From a virus (lineage: Duplodnaviria; Heunggongvirae; Uroviricota; Caudoviricetes), in IMG/VR virus record IMGVR_UViG_2870464427_000002: a DNA stretch of 17,788 nucleotides; one strand, 5' to 3'. The position numbers and the translations under genes are program-made. The notes beneath the pieces were generated by a model. It was not told the DNA's origin, did no database searches, and saw only the letters and a list, made by a program, of their open reading frames with translations. Positions 15,957 to 17,788 of the stretch are shown in pieces; position 1 is the stretch's first letter, and every line of letters starts with the position of its first letter.

Positions 15957-17177
15957 ATGGACGAAAAGTCCCTCTACGCTCATATTCTCAACCTGTCCGA
16001 TCCGTGGCAGGTAAAGTCCCTTTCTCTCGATGAAAATGCCGGTTCTGTTACTGTCACTATTGAGATCGCTGAAAACACCCGGCTAGCCTGTCCGACCTGC
16101 GGTAAATCCTGTTCTGTTCACGATCACCGTCATCGTAAATGGCGCCATCTTGATACCTGCCAGTTCACCACTATTGTTGAAGCCGATGTTCCACGAATTA
16201 TGTGTCCGGAGCATGGCTGCCTGACGTTGCCTGTTCCGTGGGCTGGCCCCGGAAGCCGGTATACGTTGCTATTCGAATCGTTCGTTCTCTCATGGCTGAA
16301 AATCAGCACCGTTGATGCTGTCAGGAAGCAACTTAAGCTCAGTTGGAATGCGGTTGACGGCATTATGACCCGGGCAGTTAAGCGAGGTCTTGCCCGGATA
16401 AAAAAGCCATTATCCGCCCGTCATATGAATGTGGATGAGGTCGCCTTTAAAAAAGGACATCGTTACATAACGGTGATCTCCGATCGCGATGGTCGGGCGC
16501 TGGCCTTAACGGATGATCGCGGCACAGAGAGTCTTGCCGGCTATCTTCGCACGCTCACTGATGGGCAGTTGCTGGCTATCAAAACGCTCTCAATGGACAT
16601 GAACGCGGGCTATATAAGAGCAGCGCGTATCCACTTACCCAGTGCGGTTGAGAAAATCGCCTTTGACCGCTTCCATGTGGCGAAGCAACTGGGCGAGGTA
16701 GTTGATAAAACCCGTCAGAATGAACATCCGCACCTCCCTGTTGAAAGCCGACACCAGGCAAAAGGAACCCGCTTCCTGTGGCAGTACAGCGATAAGTGGA
16801 TGACCGAATCCCGGCAGGAAAAGCTGATGTGGCTGCGTGCACAGATGAAGCTGACGAGCCAGTGCTGGGCGCTGAAAGAGCTGGCAAAGGATATCTGGAA
16901 CAGGCCATGGAGCGAGGAAAGACGGAGTGACTGGCAGAGATGGTTGGCGCTGGCGGCTAACAGTGACGTTCCCATGATGAAAAATGCCGCGAAAACGATA
17001 GGAAAAAGGCTGTACGGGATCCTGAATGCGATGCGACACAGTGTCTCAAACGGAAATGCGGAGGCACTTAACAGCAAGATCAGGCTGCTGAGGATAAAAG
17101 CCAGGGGATACCGAAACCGGGAGCGCTTTAAACTGGGGGTGATGTTCCACTACGGAAAGCTGAATATGGCGTTCTGA
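15957..17177 (+). CDS. ISL3-family transposase
   Basis: 406 aa. N-terminal zinc-finger (CPTCGKSCSVHDHRHRKWRHLD), a DDE_Tnp_ISL3-type core (MNVDEVAFKKGHRYITVISD) and the C-terminal GNAEALNSKIRLLRIKARGYRNRERF. The stop lies just inside the right inverted repeat. Confidence 0.9.
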   Translation: MDEKSLYAHILNLSDPWQVKSLSLDENAGSVTVTIEIAENTRLACPTCGKSCSVHDHRHRKWRHLDTCQFTTIVEADVPRIMCPEHGCLTLPVPWAGPGSRYTLLFESFVLSWLKISTVDAVRKQLKLSWNAVDGIMTRAVKRGLARIKKPLSARHMNVDEVAFKKGHRYITVISDRDGRALALTDDRGTESLAGYLRTLTDGQLLAIKTLSMDMNAGYIRAARIHLPSAVEKIAFDRFHVAKQLGEVVDKTRQNEHPHLPVESRHQAKGTRFLWQYSDKWMTESRQEKLMWLRAQMKLTSQCWALKELAKDIWNRPWSEERRSDWQRWLALAANSDVPMMKNAAKTIGKRLYGILNAMRHSVSNGNAEALNSKIRLLRIKARGYRNRERFKLGVMFHYGKLNMAF

Positions 17178-17205
17178 GCCTTCCCACCATGATCGGGGAA
17201 GACCC
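17178..17205. repeat. IS right inverted repeat
   Basis: GCCTTCCCACCATGATCGGGGAAGACCC, the reverse-complement partner of 15890-15919. Confidence 0.8.
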
Positions 17206-17213
17206 ATGTGTAT
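17206..17213. repeat. Target-site duplication, right copy (ATGTGTAT)
   Basis: Identical to 15882-15889. Confidence 0.85.
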
Positions 17214-17219
17214 ACAGTA
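17206..17219. promoter_or_regulatory. Right half of an IS-split LexA (SOS) box
   Basis: ATGTGTAT+ACAGTA directly abuts the IS right end. Confidence 0.7.
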
Positions 17220-17240
17220 TCGTGTAAAATGATACACCTG

Positions 17241-17271
17241 TTGACAAGAAACATAACGCAAACAATATATC
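17241..17271 (+). promoter_or_regulatory. Candidate sigma70 promoter for the Mor-like gene
   Basis: A perfect -35 TTGACA (17241-17246) followed 17-19 nt later by AATATATC. There is no perfect -10. It would give a leader of about 165 nt. Confidence 0.35.
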
Positions 17272-17440
17272 TATTTCATGAATTTATGGCGTTCATTAAT
17301 ATTAAAAATTTATATTTTTGTTAATTGTTTATTTGTTTGTTGAATGTATTGAGTAGCAGTAATGACAACTGCTTAGCGTATATCCGTGGTTTTACACGCA
17401 TCGGGTCTTATTCAGGATGCAAGATATATGGAGATGAAAA

Positions 17441-17788
17441 ATGATACGAAAATCAAAAGAGATGGCCCGGACACCGGAGATCATTAACGACCTGGCTTTT
17501 CATGCATCGCAAGTTCTGATTGAAAGCATCAATCTCGACAGTTCATCGGCAGAAAATGTGGGCTTTGCCATTGCCGACCGAATGATGCGTAACTGGGGCG
17601 GACAAAGCATTTATTTCCCTAAGGGGATCTCCGGACGAGCATCGGAGCGTGACTACCAAATCTATAGCGAGTGCGATGGGCGCAACTACGCCGAATTAGC
17701 GAAGAAATATAATCTGACGCTGCAATGGATTTATAAGATTGTGAAACGCGTACATGCGGAAAAGCAACAGCGCCGCAGTAATTCGTAA
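17441..17788 (+). CDS. Mor/C-family transcriptional activator (Mu middle/late regulator family)
   Basis: 115 aa ending in TAA at the window edge. NWGGQSIYFPKG...SERDYQIYSECDGRNYAELAKKYNLTLQWIYKIVKR matches the Mor family core and its C-terminal HTH. RBS is GGAG. It is divergent from the lysis/tail cluster. Confidence 0.85.
   Translation: MIRKSKEMARTPEIINDLAFHASQVLIESINLDSSSAENVGFAIADRMMRNWGGQSIYFPKGISGRASERDYQIYSECDGRNYAELAKKYNLTLQWIYKIVKRVHAEKQQRRSNS

Larger units (their letters stand above)
15890..17205 (+). mobile_element. ISL3-family insertion sequence, 1316 bp, apparently intact
   Basis: Imperfect terminal inverted repeats, both starting GGGTCTTCCC. A single 406-aa ISL3-type transposase gene. 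An 8-bp direct duplication of the target, as expected for this family. Confidence 0.9.

Noticed and set aside
15815-16033. 72-aa plus-strand ORF
   Set aside because: It starts in the flank, crosses the IS left inverted repeat and runs out of frame into the transposase gene. It is an artefact of the insertion junction.
16579-17261. Minus-strand ORFs inside or across the IS (16579-16908, 16635-17039, 16715-17077, 17046-17261, 16130-16363)
   Set aside because: They are antisense to the ISL3 transposase or cross the IS boundary, and their translations are low-complexity.
17278-17343. 21-codon hydrophobic ORF (MNLWRSLILKIYIFVNCLFVC) in the Mor leader, reminiscent of SOS-controlled small toxic peptides
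   Set aside because: It has no Shine-Dalgarno sequence, lies in extremely AT-rich sequence where such ORFs arise by chance, and nothing indicates conservation. It is worth only a glance in comparative data.
1-17788. Interpretation as an ordinary complete Mu-like or P2-like prophage
   Set aside because: The lysis genes are followed directly by tail genes, with no head or packaging block. The tail cluster ends at a convergent gene interpreted as chromosomal, and the Mor-like gene is divergent rather than co-linear. This cannot be fully excluded because the sequence right of 17788 is not visible.

Overview
The window is dominated by a ~14.8-kb minus-strand cluster (15579 down to 780). It encodes a three-gene lysis cassette followed directly by a complete contractile-tail module: tail-completion proteins, sheath, tube, chaperone, tape measure, U/X/D/V hub and spike, W/J/I wedge, tail fibre, fibre chaperone and a terminal permuted-papain-like ORF. 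There are no capsid, packaging, replication, integrase or Mu A/B genes inside the cluster. Gene order is Mu-like, while most individual proteins look P2-like. The cluster abuts a convergent nucleotidyltransferase gene (1-765), interpreted as chromosomal flank. Upstream and divergent from the cluster is a Mor/C-family activator gene (17441-17788). The control region between them is interrupted by a 1316-bp ISL3-family insertion sequence (15890-17205). Removing the IS and one copy of its 8-bp target duplication rebuilds a near-consensus LexA (SOS) box, TACTGTATGTGTATACAGTA. My reading is a head-less, SOS/Mor-controlled R-type tailocin-like element. In this genome it carries two lesions: the IS through the operator and a 1-nt frameshift in the sheath gene. 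Other points of interest are internal terminators followed by related promoter-like blocks, a chaperone extension in the +1/-2 frame, a gpU-like protein with a long coiled-coil tail, and AT-rich mosaic fibre modules. All family assignments come from reading the translations and from memory of the families; no database search was run. What lies right of base 17788 is unknown.
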